A stretch of DNA of 64,000 nt from Nitrosopumilales archaeon (GCA_044507735.1 JBIQJB010000007.1:1-64000), one strand, 5' to 3'. Positions 17,492 to 28,765 are shown, numbered from the stretch's first letter. Notes: a model not told the origin generated them from the letters alone. Numbers and translations: made by a program.

Positions 17492-18347
17492 CCGACCTAT
17501 AGAAGATATCTGGCTTCAAAAGAGGAGTCATTTCATATGGCTGCTCTTCAAACTATGCAAACAACAGGTGCTTGACCTCGAGAGGATGTGGTACACTTTG
17601 CTGGGGTGTGGGGGATTGTTTTGGCAAGGTTGTTGCATCCCCTTATAGAAGAGGAGAGGGAGGACCGTTGCCATTATTCGACACAAGAGATTCGCACAAG
17701 TCCACCATGCAATAATAGGAAATCAAAAGAGCCCAAGAAGTATCCCTGAAGACAAACCCGGCAGGACTGTCTTCTATGCTTTCAGCCCTGCAGGATGATG
17801 TGAATTGCCAGTCAGCCCTCTGCTACGCTTGCAAGCTGGCCTTTGATCTGGACAAGCCCGGGTAGCGCAAAAAAGCGATCAGACACAGCCAGCAATGTCA
17901 CAGAATCGACGCGATGCTTCAGAGCCTAAACGTTCTGGCAGTCGTGCCACTCACCGCATGATCTGCAATGATGCTGTTTGCATATCTTGCAAAAGTAGCG
18001 CGCTTCCTCGAAAGGGGTCAAGCTAGAACCGCACGCAGAGCATGCCTGTTCGGGGTTCATCCCTTCCTCACTTTTTCTAATTCGTTAATGTATGTTGCGC
18101 TCCTCCTTCATAAATCGCTGCCTGTCGATGTTATTTTCCATGCCGTCAGGATGCAACTTGAGACGCTTTGCCCAAAAAACATGCTTGCCTGGACGGCTGT
18201 TTTAGCGCATAACCTTGGTCTTGCAGGTTAGGAAGTACACGGAGCGCCACTGGGGAAACGTTTAAAACAGCTGTTTGAAAAGCAACCTTTGACGGACGTC
18301 TCGATTCTTCACTGAAGTGACGATTTGGACGGAGTTGAAAATAGATA

Positions 18348-18602
18348 ATGAAAGCAACAATTACCACTACTCCAAAAATTAGAAAGGAAAGGATCTCAAA
18401 GCAAGTCTACTTTACGCTGTGTGGCTCATGTTACTGGTGCGCTTCGTACCTGGACGGCCGTGGAATCGAAAGCCTCTGCCCCGCCTGCAAGAGCGGCAAG
18501 GTCGAAACCATCCCGGTAGCCGGCAACGAAATGTACGTGTTTGACTATGACCAAAAGCGCGGCGTAACTGTGGACTTCATGCCGATAAAGGCCCTTGCCT
18601 GA
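18348..18602 (+). CDS. Small zinc-ribbon protein
   Basis: LCGSCYWCAS..CPACK motifs. Confidence 0.8.
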   Translation: MKATITTTPKIRKERISKQVYFTLCGSCYWCASYLDGRGIESLCPACKSGKVETIPVAGNEMYVFDYDQKRGVTVDFMPIKALA

Positions 18603-18855
18603 TTGCGCAGGGGCTCATCAAGAGATTCTTCAGTCATGCAGCAGCCGCCGTTCAAATGCACTGCAGCAGTAACGGAAGATGTGCTACCGGGCTACCGAGC
18701 CCGATGTGTGGCAGGCAAGAAAGATCCTTTGGACATAGCATGATGGCCCCGCGTTGGTCATCATGGGAATAAACATCCGCGGCTCTGTTCGTGACATTAT
18801 TGCTGCTGTCGACGGCGGGCCGCAACCCCGACTTTTTTCTTGAATAGGATTTTTC

Positions 18856-20865
18856 TTATTTCCTCAGAGAGCTGAAAAAGATGTACAGTATCGCTATTAT
18901 CTCGAACCTGCCAACTATCATGTTTGCAGTCAGCATCAGCTTTGAAACTGCGTCAAGCTGCAGCGAAGTTATCCCTACGCTTGTGCCTGTCGTCGAAAGT
19001 GCCGAGACTGACTCAAACAGGCCGTCCTCAAAGCTCCTGCCGGTGTTATAGCTCAATACAGATCCGGTCAATATGGAGATGCCGATAAAGAGCCCGGTTA
19101 CGAGCAGGATCTCCCTCACCAGTTTTATGCTCAGCACCTCTTTGATCACCTGAAATAGCTCGCCCTGCTTCTCCAGGATTTCCTTGATATCGCGGATGCG
19201 GTAGTAGTATCTTTCCGTCATGTCCCGCATACCGCCGTCCTCGGAGCTTCTGTGAGGGTTTGCGGTGAACGAAATCGAGCTGTATGTTTCCTGACCTGGT
19301 GTGAAGGACTCGTGGTGCATCTCCTCTTCCTCGCTCCTCTTTTTTCCAATCCTCTTTGCAAACTCCTGATACAGGATGAGGAAACGGCCCACCTTGATGC
19401 CGCCTGCTGTAGAGAATGCGGTTCCGCCTACCAGCATTGTGGCTATCAAGAATCCCTTGGCGGCCGGCGGAACTGCAGACATGTCTATGTACTGGAACCC
19501 TGTGGTGGTAGACGCGCTTATTGTATGGAATGCAGCCGTTCCAATGTCAATACCCGGGATCAATAGGTAGAGGATGGGGACCGAGGCAGCCATCATTATA
19601 AGATAAACTGTTACCTCCGGCCCGAGCGTCTTTTTGCTGATAAGGCCCTTCTTGCTGAAAATGTAGTAGTGGAAAGCAAATGGAAGAGCTGATAGGATCA
19701 TGCCCGCACTGACTATCATCAGGAAATACAGGTGGTCCGGCGAAACAAGGTTCGACGTTGGAGCAAAGCCTCCACCAGTTATGCTAGAGAGGATTGCCGC
19801 AACCGAATAGAGATCCCCTATCTCCTCTGCGGACATGAGCAGGAGCACCAGTATGATCGTATACACCGAAAATATCCCGACCAGCGTTACGATGAACTCC
19901 TTTAGGCGCATCATGCCACCGCCGATCACGCTCTTCCACGCGCTCAGCTTTTCCTCAGGGAAGAAGAGGATCATAACCAGATACACAAAAGAAAGGCCGC
20001 CGACCCATTGCGTATATGACCGGTAAAAATTAAAGCTCTGCGGAAGGTTCTCCGGTTGCGTTATTGTTGAAAGCCCGGTGGTGGTAAATCCAGAGGCACT
20101 TTCAAACAGGCTGTTGACAAAGAGCGAGCCGGCATCCATGTCGGGAGCAAAAGGATTGAGGTAAATGTATGGAAGTGAGCCGAAAAGCGACATCACGATA
20201 AAGCTTGCCACTATGAAGATTGAGGCCTGCTTCAGGTTCATCTGACCCTTCTCGCCGTACGCCATCAGGAAAAACCCGGTAAACGAGAGACCTACAACCT
20301 CAAGATAGACGCCCGTAATGTTTCCGGCCTCGCCAAGGGCTGTACCAACCAGAGCCGGCACTACCAGCAGCACTGCAGAGAACTGAAGAAGCACACCGAG
20401 GTTGCCCAGAACCGGCTTGTACTGTATCTTGAACGTGTTCTTGGCCCGTGCTAGTGTTCTTTCCAGCACCGACTTGCTGATTGCGTCTGCCAGCGACCGC
20501 TGCGTAACTATTCCAATCACGCCAGTGTCGTTGGTCACGGGAACGCGCTTTATCTTGTTCACCCGCATAAGCTGCAGCGCCTGTTTGACTGTTCCTGCCG
20601 ACGACATTGTCACTAGAGGTGACGACATGATCGACTTGATCGCAGTCATCTTGGAATCTTCGCCCTTGAGCACCACCCTTTCGACGACGTCACTGTTGGT
20701 GACGATTCCAACCGGGGACCCGCCTCTTGTCACAATGATCGAGTCAAGCTTTTGCTCCTGCATCTGCTCGACTGCCGTAGCGACAGTCGCCTCTTCTTCC
20801 AGAGTCAGGAAATGCCTCTCAATGTATGTGAGAGCTAGCCTTTCTAGAACGTCTTGATGCTGCAC
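18856..20865 (-). CDS. trkH: TrkH-type K+ transporter with an N-terminal CBS domain pair
   Basis: CBS repeats (PVGIVT..D, RVPV..VIGIVT); pore motifs FESASGFTTTG, STTTGF, STAGGIK, SALSTTG and GRFEI. Confidence 0.9.
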   Translation of the reverse strand: MQHQDVLERLALTYIERHFLTLEEEATVATAVEQMQEQKLDSIIVTRGGSPVGIVTNSDVVERVVLKGEDSKMTAIKSIMSSPLVTMSSAGTVKQALQLMRVNKIKRVPVTNDTGVIGIVTQRSLADAISKSVLERTLARAKNTFKIQYKPVLGNLGVLLQFSAVLLVVPALVGTALGEAGNITGVYLEVVGLSFTGFFLMAYGEKGQMNLKQASIFIVASFIVMSLFGSLPYIYLNPFAPDMDAGSLFVNSLFESASGFTTTGLSTITQPENLPQSFNFYRSYTQWVGGLSFVYLVMILFFPEEKLSAWKSVIGGGMMRLKEFIVTLVGIFSVYTIILVLLLMSAEEIGDLYSVAAILSSITGGGFAPTSNLVSPDHLYFLMIVSAGMILSALPFAFHYYIFSKKGLISKKTLGPEVTVYLIMMAASVPILYLLIPGIDIGTAAFHTISASTTTGFQYIDMSAVPPAAKGFLIATMLVGGTAFSTAGGIKVGRFLILYQEFAKRIGKKRSEEEEMHHESFTPGQETYSSISFTANPHRSSEDGGMRDMTERYYYRIRDIKEILEKQGELFQVIKEVLSIKLVREILLVTGLFIGISILTGSVLSYNTGRSFEDGLFESVSALSTTGTSVGITSLQLDAVSKLMLTANMIVGRFEIIAILYIFFSSLRK

Positions 20866-21367
20866 TATGCAGGCTATCAGCTATTGCCATTTCTAATATT
20901 CTTTCTGGTAGCAGGAAAGGCAGTTGCGTGGGACAATCAACCAACCGGCCAGCCAGTGCCATCTATTGACCGTGTCCTTCCCACCCTTGCTACCGCGCAT
21001 GTGTTCCCGGTCTCTCTTGCAATTGCCGTATAGCTACACATGACCTATGCTAGAGGGCGCTTTCTCTTAGGCGGAAACATGTCGATGCTGCAAGAAAGAA
21101 CATGTCACTGGCAGCGGCTGATCTGCACTGATGTCTGATCTGTAGACCGCGGTAATCTTGCGACATCAACAGATCCAAAATGGGCCCAAGCGCCAACTGC
21201 ATGCATCGCAGGAGGTTCTTGACGTAAACACGCATCAACAAGGTAAGAGCCAAGATCAAGACAGTCAAAGATCACTCTGCTAGTGCCATGGGCCATTCTG
21301 TGAAAATTCTACAAACAGCCAGCGCGCTAGGTTCATATCGGTATTTCCCATGCCTGTACACACATAA

Positions 21368-22033
21368 TTGGCCATATACCGCTATACGTTCTACAAGAGC
21401 CCAAACATAGGCATCTTTGTCAAGACGAACGACACGCTGGTGCTCGTCCCACCTGGCTTTTCCGAGACAAAGTCGGAGAAGCTTGCCGACTACCTTCAGG
21501 TGAGCGAGGTACATACCTCGGTGGCCGGCACCCGATTACTTGGGCCAATGACAGTCATGAACAACAATGGCATCCTGTTGCCCTCCATAGCTTCTGACGA
21601 GGAGGTCGAGACCATCCGGCAGGCAAGCAAGCTCAACGTGGATCGGCTAAAGAGCCGGCTCACTGCGATAGGCAACCTCATTGTGGCAAACGACAACGGT
21701 GCCATTGTCTCCCCCCTTCTCAAAGGGGAGGTCAGCCATCAGGTGCAGGATGTCCTTGGAGTGCCTGCTCACACCATGGCAGTGGGCGGCTTTGTGCAGG
21801 CAGGGTCTATGATAGTGGCTACAAATGTAGGCGCAGCCGTGACTCCGAGGGCAAGCGAGGGAGAAGTCAAGCTAGTTTCTGAAATACTGCAGGTGCCGGC
21901 AGAGCCGGTGACTGTGAACAACGGCATGCCTTTCTTGTCGTCCGGTATAGTCGCAAACAGCAAGACAGTGATTGTAGGCACGCTTACAACCGGCCCCGAG
22001 CTTATTATGATGAGCAGGGTCTTTAACGCATGA
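21368..22033 (+). CDS. eif6: Translation initiation factor 6 (aIF6)
   Basis: SPNIGIF, NNNGILLP, GNLIVAND, TVNNG and TTGPEL motifs. Confidence 0.93.
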   Translation: MAIYRYTFYKSPNIGIFVKTNDTLVLVPPGFSETKSEKLADYLQVSEVHTSVAGTRLLGPMTVMNNNGILLPSIASDEEVETIRQASKLNVDRLKSRLTAIGNLIVANDNGAIVSPLLKGEVSHQVQDVLGVPAHTMAVGGFVQAGSMIVATNVGAAVTPRASEGEVKLVSEILQVPAEPVTVNNGMPFLSSGIVANSKTVIVGTLTTGPELIMMSRVFNA

Positions 22034-22833
22034 TAGTTGAAATCCTGTGCGTCGGCAACGAGCTTCTCTCGGGCATTACACTCAACTCTAATGCTCACTG
22101 GCTCGCAGGTCAGATTGCCGCCGCGGGCGGTACGCTGAAAAGGGTGACAGTGGTGGGCGACGACCTTGTCGAAATATCGACTGCAGTCAGGGAGTCGCTT
22201 GCAAGAAAGCCTGACATCTTGGTAACCACTGGAGGACTAGGCGCAACCTATGACGATCTGACACTTGAAGGTGTGGCGCAGGCGCTTGGTGTAGGGACCG
22301 TGCTTGACGAGCGCGCCGTGGAGATGCTGAGGAAGAGCTACGCCATACGCAAGCTCAACTATGAGCTGACCAGCGAGCGGCTGAAGATGGCCAGAATACC
22401 CGAAGGCTCGACCCCAATACAGAACCTCCTTGGCAGCGCGCCAGCAGTATTCGTGCAGGCTGGTAACACCAAGATCTTCTGCTTGCAGGGGGTCCCCTCG
22501 GAAATGAAAGCGATCTTTGAAGAGAAGGTCCTCCCGCTGATAAGAGAAGGTGCAGGTTCCTTTGTGGCAAAAGAGATCAACTATAATGTGAGAGGAGTGA
22601 GCGAGTCAATGATAGCGCCTGCTCTGTTGAAAATAGTCGGGTCGCACCCCAAGGACTCGATCTACCTGAAAACACACCCGCAAGGGTATTACCGCAAAAA
22701 GACCCCTCAGATAAGGATCCAGTTGATATCTCGCGGAAGCGACAGCAAGGAGGTAAAGAAAAGGCTGGATGCAATAGCAAAAGTGATTGAAAAAGAAGTG
22801 GCAGCTCTTGGCGGAAGGATACTGCGCTCATGA
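22030..22833 (+). CDS. CinA N-terminal/molybdopterin-binding-domain protein
   Basis: VGNELLSG..NSNAHWL, VVGDD, TTGGLGATYDDLT and GVPSEM. Confidence 0.88.
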   Translation: MIVEILCVGNELLSGITLNSNAHWLAGQIAAAGGTLKRVTVVGDDLVEISTAVRESLARKPDILVTTGGLGATYDDLTLEGVAQALGVGTVLDERAVEMLRKSYAIRKLNYELTSERLKMARIPEGSTPIQNLLGSAPAVFVQAGNTKIFCLQGVPSEMKAIFEEKVLPLIREGAGSFVAKEINYNVRGVSESMIAPALLKIVGSHPKDSIYLKTHPQGYYRKKTPQIRIQLISRGSDSKEVKKRLDAIAKVIEKEVAALGGRILRS

Positions 22834-23117
22834 TGATGATCTATCTTGTTCTTGGAATTGCAGCCGGCGTCGCAAGCGCCCTTTATCTCTTCTACAATTA
22901 TCATCCATTGCTGCCCAACGGCGCGATCCATGCCGCAATCTTTGGCTCCGGGCTAGTCGCAATGTATTTTGCGAAAAGGCTGAATGCCAGAAGTGCTGGG
23001 TGGTATCTGTCTGGCGCTCTGCCTGTGCATCTGGCCATCCATTTTTTGGTAATAGGAGATCTTGCTCAGTTGACGGGAGTCAGCCACATCTTGCTGAACT
23101 TTTCGTCTTTGCCGTGA
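22830..23117 (+). CDS. Hypothetical small membrane protein
   Basis: ATGA-coupled to the CinA-like gene; hydrophobic; overlaps the ilvE 3' end. Confidence 0.55.
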   Translation: MMMIYLVLGIAAGVASALYLFYNYHPLLPNGAIHAAIFGSGLVAMYFAKRLNARSAGWYLSGALPVHLAIHFLVIGDLAQLTGVSHILLNFSSLP

Positions 23118-23980
23118 ACCACAGCTTCGAACAGCTCTTTCAGCTGCTTTGTCATCTTGCCCGTGCGGCCGTCGCCAATCGCCCTGTTGTCAATCTCTCC
23201 GACTGGCTTTATCTCCGCTGCCGTTCCTGTCAGGAATACTTCGTCTGCTGTGTATAGCTCATCCCGGGCAATGTCGCGTATTTCACAGCCAATGTCGTTT
23301 TCCTTTGCTATCTTTATGACGCTATCCCTGGTGATGCCTTCAAGGGCTCCCGATGTTGCCGGCGGCGTCGCAAGCGCTCCATCCTTTACGATGAAAACGT
23401 TCTCGGCGCTTGCCTCTATCACCCTGCCGGAGGAGTTGAGCATAATGGCTTCGTCAAAGCCAGCCTTTAGCGCTTCTACCCTTGCAAGGGCCGAGTTGGC
23501 ATAGTTGGCAGTTGCCTTTGCCCGCATCGGAAGTGCTCTTGCGTCAATCCTTGCCCATGACGACACCATGAGACGCGCGCCTTTTTCTGCGCTGCCTTTC
23601 AGGTACTCGTCCCACTTCCATACAGCGATGGCAACCGAAACCTTGTTTGGCATCGGGTTGACGCCCATCTTGCCATAGCTGTAGTATGCTATTGGTCTGA
23701 TGTAGCACTCTTCCATCCCGTTAGCCTTCACAGTTTCAATTACAGCTCTTTCCAGCTCTGGTTTTGAGTACCCGAGATCCATAAAGTAACACTTGCCACT
23801 ATCTATCAGACGCTGTATGTGATCGCCCAGTCTGAATATTGCGCTGCCGTTGATGGTCTTGTAGCACCGGATGCCCTCAAAGACGCCGGTCGCATAGTGC
23901 AGCGCATGCGTCAGCACGTGGATTTTTGCGTCGTCAAAATCGACTAGCGAGCCGTTAAGCCAGATCTTGCCATCTGTCAT
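23066..23980 (-). CDS. ilvE: Branched-chain amino acid aminotransferase
   Basis: HALHYATGVFEGIRCY, AKATANY, LEGITR and EVFLTGTAAEI. Confidence 0.95.
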   Translation of the reverse strand: MTDGKIWLNGSLVDFDDAKIHVLTHALHYATGVFEGIRCYKTINGSAIFRLGDHIQRLIDSGKCYFMDLGYSKPELERAVIETVKANGMEECYIRPIAYYSYGKMGVNPMPNKVSVAIAVWKWDEYLKGSAEKGARLMVSSWARIDARALPMRAKATANYANSALARVEALKAGFDEAIMLNSSGRVIEASAENVFIVKDGALATPPATSGALEGITRDSVIKIAKENDIGCEIRDIARDELYTADEVFLTGTAAEIKPVGEIDNRAIGDGRTGKMTKQLKELFEAVVHGKDEKFSKMWLTPVN

Positions 23981-25392
23981 GTGCGGATCTTCTTCCTTGT
24001 AGAGTGAATAGCCTTGACCGCATCAGCGACACTTGAACCCTTGTCCTCGACGACTATCAGTATCCTGGATGTCTCTTCCTGGGCGTCAAGGTTGAGGATG
24101 TTGATGTCGTGCTCGCTGACGATGCTGCTGGCAGTCGAGGCTATTTTTGGAACCTTCCACATTTCGTCCCCTATGAGCGTGACAACTCCCCTGTCATACA
24201 CGATGTCGGCCTTTGGATAATAGGCGCGGATATGCCTTTCATGACGCCGGACATAGTCAGCATCAAGGAACAGCAACCGCGTCATCTCTGTATCGTCTAT
24301 TTTGTACGGCGATAGCTTTACGAAATCGTGGTACTGCCTGTCAAGCTCAAGCGACGCTACAAGGTGAGACGCTGCAGTGCTCTCCATCCTCACCATCGAG
24401 CAGTTCCTTTTGCCAGTGACTATTTTTATCGGGTTGCCGGTATCTGAAGGCGGCTTTCTCTGTATCATGGTCACGCCGTCAGGCTTGGCCATATCTGTTA
24501 TGACAATCGGAATGTCAAGGTCGTTATCATCGATCTCCTTTATCGCGATCGGGTCAAGGATTTTCATGCCAAACATACCAGCGATCTTGGCTTCATTATA
24601 AGACAAATACTGGATGAACTCCAGGTCTTCCTTCACGATCCTCGGGTCTGCACTCAATACCACGCTGTCCTTTTCAAGATCGATCTTGACGTCATAGCTG
24701 TCATTGAGCAGTATCGCAATGTCGGCTGCGGTGCGGTCAGAGCCACCGCGTTCGTATGTAGTTTCAAGCCCATCTACTGTCCTGCCAATAAAGCCTCCTA
24801 TCGATACTACATCGTTGTGCTCCACGAGCTCGATCAGATGATCGGCATGCTGCTTTGACTCGTTTATCATAAAGTTGGCGGCTTCAAAGTTATCGTCAGT
24901 GATTATCGGCCATTTTTCTATTGGAACATGTGCTGATTTGATCCCTGCAGTCTGCATTACATAGTCCATCAGGTACGACATCGTCACTTCGCCGCTATAT
25001 GCAAGCGTCCTCGACCTTATCACATCGACAAAGCGCTTGTTCTCTGCAGCTTGCTTTAACGAAATTATTACCTGCCTGTAGAACTTGTCAAGAATATCAA
25101 GAAACTCTTGTCGGCGGCTTTCCTGTACATACTTGCTCGCTATTCTCTCGTACACTTCTCGCAGGATTTCTATCTCCACAGGCATTGATGCGGCATAGCT
25201 CCTGCCAACCTGTATCGCGACATCGGTCATGGAGCTGACCTTTCCGTTGTACTCGACTAGCGGCGCGGAAAATACTGTGACCACCTTGGACTCTTGCTGC
25301 AGCTGCTTTATCCTGTCGATAATCTTGGGGATCAAGTTCCCGTCCACCCCAAGGGCGCTGCCGCCGAACTTGGCCACCGTGATAGAAGTCAT
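23977..25392 (-). CDS. lysC: Aspartate kinase
   Basis: KFGGS, GGFIG, RGGSDRTAA, SADPRIV and LSYNEA; C-terminal ACT domain. Confidence 0.9.
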   Translation of the reverse strand: MTSITVAKFGGSALGVDGNLIPKIIDRIKQLQQESKVVTVFSAPLVEYNGKVSSMTDVAIQVGRSYAASMPVEIEILREVYERIASKYVQESRRQEFLDILDKFYRQVIISLKQAAENKRFVDVIRSRTLAYSGEVTMSYLMDYVMQTAGIKSAHVPIEKWPIITDDNFEAANFMINESKQHADHLIELVEHNDVVSIGGFIGRTVDGLETTYERGGSDRTAADIAILLNDSYDVKIDLEKDSVVLSADPRIVKEDLEFIQYLSYNEAKIAGMFGMKILDPIAIKEIDDNDLDIPIVITDMAKPDGVTMIQRKPPSDTGNPIKIVTGKRNCSMVRMESTAASHLVASLELDRQYHDFVKLSPYKIDDTEMTRLLFLDADYVRRHERHIRAYYPKADIVYDRGVVTLIGDEMWKVPKIASTASSIVSEHDINILNLDAQEETSRILIVVEDKGSSVADAVKAIHSTRKKIRT

Positions 25393-25694
25393 CGATATGT
25401 CTCTCGGGCTAGTTCGTCCAATTCCCTATATTAAAGATGGGGCACGACAGGACGCGCTCTATTATGTGTGATTCATATACTGCTGAGAACAGATTTCGCT
25501 GTGAGATGTGAGGTAGTGGGATGGGCACAAGAGATCGTGACAGAAGACACGTCAAAAAAAGATCTCATATGCTGTGACGATTGGTGGGTGTTTGTGGGGG
25601 TGCTATTTCCGCTCTTGAGTTATTCTTGCGCTCCAACTCTCTACATACAGGCAATATGGAGTCTCTATAACTGTTCAAGGGGTACTGACTCTCG

Positions 25695-26156
25695 TTAATG
25701 CTGCAGCTGCCTATCAAAGAGCAGTTGTCCCAAATTCCAGCTCAAGGAAAGCTTTCTAGCCTGCTTGCTATCATCGTCAGCGGTAATGATCTTGCTGCAG
25801 CCAAGCGTGGCTGCCCCATCGGGCGTCATCTCAAGTATGTATTCGGAATCACGAGTTTTGCGCGTGATAAGCAAGCGCGGCGAAAAGGACTCTTCAAATT
25901 TGCGAACTTCTTTGCTAGCGCTTGCCTTCCCTCCTCTGATGTTTCTTGGAATTCCATGCGCGGCCTCAAAGATAATGGTTGACAGAAACGGAGCCAAATC
26001 TGCGATAAATCGTCTGAGGCTTGAGACCTCCCTTTCTGGTATTCCATATGAAGAATGGTCCCATTCCAGAAAATAGTTCCCAACCCTGATATCCGGTTTA
26101 ACATAATCTCCCGGGATTAGATATTCATCTATCACACTGGCTGGTATTTCCAACAA
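25695..26156 (-). CDS. Hypothetical protein
   Basis: 153-aa ORF; no recognisable motif. Confidence 0.5.
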   Translation of the reverse strand: MLEIPASVIDEYLIPGDYVKPDIRVGNYFLEWDHSSYGIPEREVSSLRRFIADLAPFLSTIIFEAAHGIPRNIRGGKASASKEVRKFEESFSPRLLITRKTRDSEYILEMTPDGAATLGCSKIITADDDSKQARKLSLSWNLGQLLFDRQLQH

Positions 26157-26256
26157 GCCTACAACCCGTGGCGATCGACTGATAAGTATATCTACATCCG
26201 GTATATGGTGTCACAATTTTTCGCGCGTCCTTCTGATCCACCCTTCTTCGCAACTC

Positions 26257-27801
26257 TCAGGATCCAAGGTATTTGGTCTCTATGTAGTTTGTAAAGTAAT
26301 TTGGATCATATCCTTCAATGTTGAAGGCGTTTCTGAGAAGCACCTTGGGTGCATAAACAGATCCGTGTTGGTGTATCTTTGCCCTTAGCCATTCCTTGAT
26401 GGGACCAAAGTCTCCCTTCCTGATGTCCTCTTCGTAAGAGCTCAGCTCTTTTCGCATCTTTGAAGCTATGATCGCTGAAATCAAGTTGCCCAAAGTGTAA
26501 GTAGGAAAATATCCAAACAGGCCACTGCTCCAGTGGGTATCCTGAAGCACGCCTTGCGAATCCTGAGCCGGTCTTACTCCAAGCAGCTGCTCCATTCTAT
26601 CGTTCCAAAATTGAGGGATCTCAGAGACGCTTAGCTCGTCTCCGAAAATCTTCTTCTCTATCTCGTACCTAATTGCTATGTGTAGGTTGTAGGTCACTTC
26701 ATCGGCATCTACTCGTATGTAATCAGGCTTGACGCTGTTGAAGTAGAGGTACAACTCCTCATCTGTTGATTGGTTTGCAAAGCTTACGTGCTTTCTAATC
26801 AAGGGCGCGATCAATTGGATAAAAGGCTGACTTCTGCCTACAATATTTTCCCAAAACCTTGATTGAGATTCATGAAGTCCCAGGGAAGATCCGCCTTCCA
26901 CAGGAGTGACCGACAATGACTGATCGCACTGCAAGTGATACAAGGCATGTCCGGCTTCATGAATTGTGCTAGATATCGATCTCTTAAAATCAGTCCCTTC
27001 ATACCGGGTTGTTATCCTGACGTCGTTGAGGCCGAGGGATTCAGTAAAAGGATGTGTGGATACATCCATTCTAAAGCGATCCATGTCGTATTGCAAAAGT
27101 TTCAAAATTTCACGGTTGAGCTCATCCACCTCTTGAACGTCATATTTTGATTTTCCAAGATGATTGTTATCGCTGCTCTCTTTGCAAAACGGGCTGTCCG
27201 AATCTACTAGCTTTTTCAATGTCTTTTGGATATGTGGAGTCAGCACTCCAAATACCTCGTCCAAATCGTCCACCGTAAGGTCTTCTTCAAACTGATCCAA
27301 GAGCGCGTCGTACGGGTGCTTTTCGTAGCCTATTTTCTCTGCAATTTTCTTCTTTATTTCTATCATGTTTTTGAGATGGGGCTCGTACATCTTGAAATCG
27401 GACTTTTCTCTGGCCTGCCTCCAGACCATATTGCCCCTTATTCTTTCCAGAGACTCTGCTTCGGTCAGTTCCTTTGGTATCTTTAGCTGCCTGGTTATCT
27501 CCCTGTCAAGCACCCGTATGATGCCCTTCTCTACATCATTGAGGCCTTCCTTCTGTTTCTTGGCCGACTCGACAAGATCTACAAAATTTTTGCTGAGCAA
27601 AAGTTCCTTATACAGCAGGTGAAGCTGAGAATCAGCCACCCCTCTTTCTTCCGTGCCCTTCCTAGGCATGTAAGTCTCAAAATCCCAGCCCATTAGAGAA
27701 ACGGCGTGACCTAGGGACCACATGGGCTTGTAAGCATCAAGAATCTGGTTTATGACGGGTCTCTCAGATTTCATATTGGCTTTATCACACACACCTTTCA
27801 A
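26257..27801 (-). CDS. Carboxypeptidase, peptidase family M32
   Basis: HPF, DVRITTRY, HEAGH, HESQSRFWEN, IRVDADE and GYFPTYTLG. Confidence 0.95.
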   Translation of the reverse strand: MKGVCDKANMKSERPVINQILDAYKPMWSLGHAVSLMGWDFETYMPRKGTEERGVADSQLHLLYKELLLSKNFVDLVESAKKQKEGLNDVEKGIIRVLDREITRQLKIPKELTEAESLERIRGNMVWRQAREKSDFKMYEPHLKNMIEIKKKIAEKIGYEKHPYDALLDQFEEDLTVDDLDEVFGVLTPHIQKTLKKLVDSDSPFCKESSDNNHLGKSKYDVQEVDELNREILKLLQYDMDRFRMDVSTHPFTESLGLNDVRITTRYEGTDFKRSISSTIHEAGHALYHLQCDQSLSVTPVEGGSSLGLHESQSRFWENIVGRSQPFIQLIAPLIRKHVSFANQSTDEELYLYFNSVKPDYIRVDADEVTYNLHIAIRYEIEKKIFGDELSVSEIPQFWNDRMEQLLGVRPAQDSQGVLQDTHWSSGLFGYFPTYTLGNLISAIIASKMRKELSSYEEDIRKGDFGPIKEWLRAKIHQHGSVYAPKVLLRNAFNIEGYDPNYFTNYIETKYLGS

Positions 27802-27919
27802 AAAATGAAGCGCATCATCAGTCTATTAATCATTATCTTGCATGAGAGAAGAGGGGGGGAGAAAAATGAGGGAGAAAATGGAAGAAGGATATACACGCAC
27901 ACAGATACATCCATCTATC

Positions 27920-28765
27920 CTAGTCTTCGTCTTCTATTTCTCGTACCGAGAGGTTCTTGAACTCGAACACCGAGTCATCGATCCTGTAGGTGACTCTCGG
28001 CTGTGCTTCGTCAATCACGTAATCTCTTGGCCTATCACAGTCGCCCTCATTTACTTTAAGGTCGCCATCATCTGTGTACTCTGTGAGTAGTTTCCAATCG
28101 TTGGTTTCATCCCCTTCGTCCGCGTACAGCTCAAGTTTTACTTCGTCGTCGCCAGTGTTGTAGACAACGAACTTGAGGCCCACCCATTCGTCCTCAAGGT
28201 CATCAACAGCATCCTCTACCACTGCCACCTTATCAGAGTAGCCGCCATCCTCGTGATGCAACTTCTTCTTAAAGTAAGCATTGCCGTCCATGTCAACCAT
28301 CGCATAATATCCCATCGCCTCGCAGCCGCCATTGTCGTGGTAACTCCTGCCGTGCCTCGCTATCATGGTGATCTGGTCATCTCCTTCCAGCATCTTGAAG
28401 TAACCTGTCATCTCGACATTCTTCCAATCTTCGCCATCCGGCCTGTAAACGTGCATCCTGGCCCCGTGTTCATGAGAGCCGGTTGTTACATCCATTTTCC
28501 AGATTCCATTCTTCTTGTAGTCGAGTTCCTCTATGTTCTTGTTTGTACCAAATCGGAAGACCTGATCATCGTCGTCTCCGTCTCTTGCTTTCTCGGGATC
28601 GTCATCTTGCATCTCCCAAGTCTCATCGCCTGTTGGGTATAGCTTTTCAATGCCGAACTCATCCTCGTCCGCATACGCCGACATTACTAGACTTGACGGC
28701 GTAAAAACAATGCAGGCCAGAATAATGAGTCCTATGGTTATTGTTCGCTGCATCGGCCAATACAT
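27920..28765 (-). CDS. Secreted acidic protein; stand-alone paralog of the C-terminal domain of 13013..14743
   Basis: Signal peptide; DEFGIEKLYPT, WKNVEMTGY, WVGLKFVVYN and FKNLSVREI shared with the discoidin protein. Confidence 0.85.
   Translation of the reverse strand: MYWPMQRTITIGLIILACIVFTPSSLVMSAYADEDEFGIEKLYPTGDETWEMQDDDPEKARDGDDDDQVFRFGTNKNIEELDYKKNGIWKMDVTTGSHEHGARMHVYRPDGEDWKNVEMTGYFKMLEGDDQITMIARHGRSYHDNGGCEAMGYYAMVDMDGNAYFKKKLHHEDGGYSDKVAVVEDAVDDLEDEWVGLKFVVYNTGDDEVKLELYADEGDETNDWKLLTEYTDDGDLKVNEGDCDRPRDYVIDEAQPRVTYRIDDSVFEFKNLSVREIEDED

Noticed and set aside
17650-18240. Possible degraded gene(s) in the intergenic region
   Set aside because: Short Cys-containing fragments with stops; cannot be assigned to a family
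18600-18850. Possible response-regulator remnant (PALVIMGINIRG)
   Set aside because: Single weak motif, no continuous frame
27843-27890. Purine-rich G-run tract as a G-quadruplex
   Set aside because: Lacks four G3 runs; better explained as a pyrimidine-rich terminator region of the minus-strand gene
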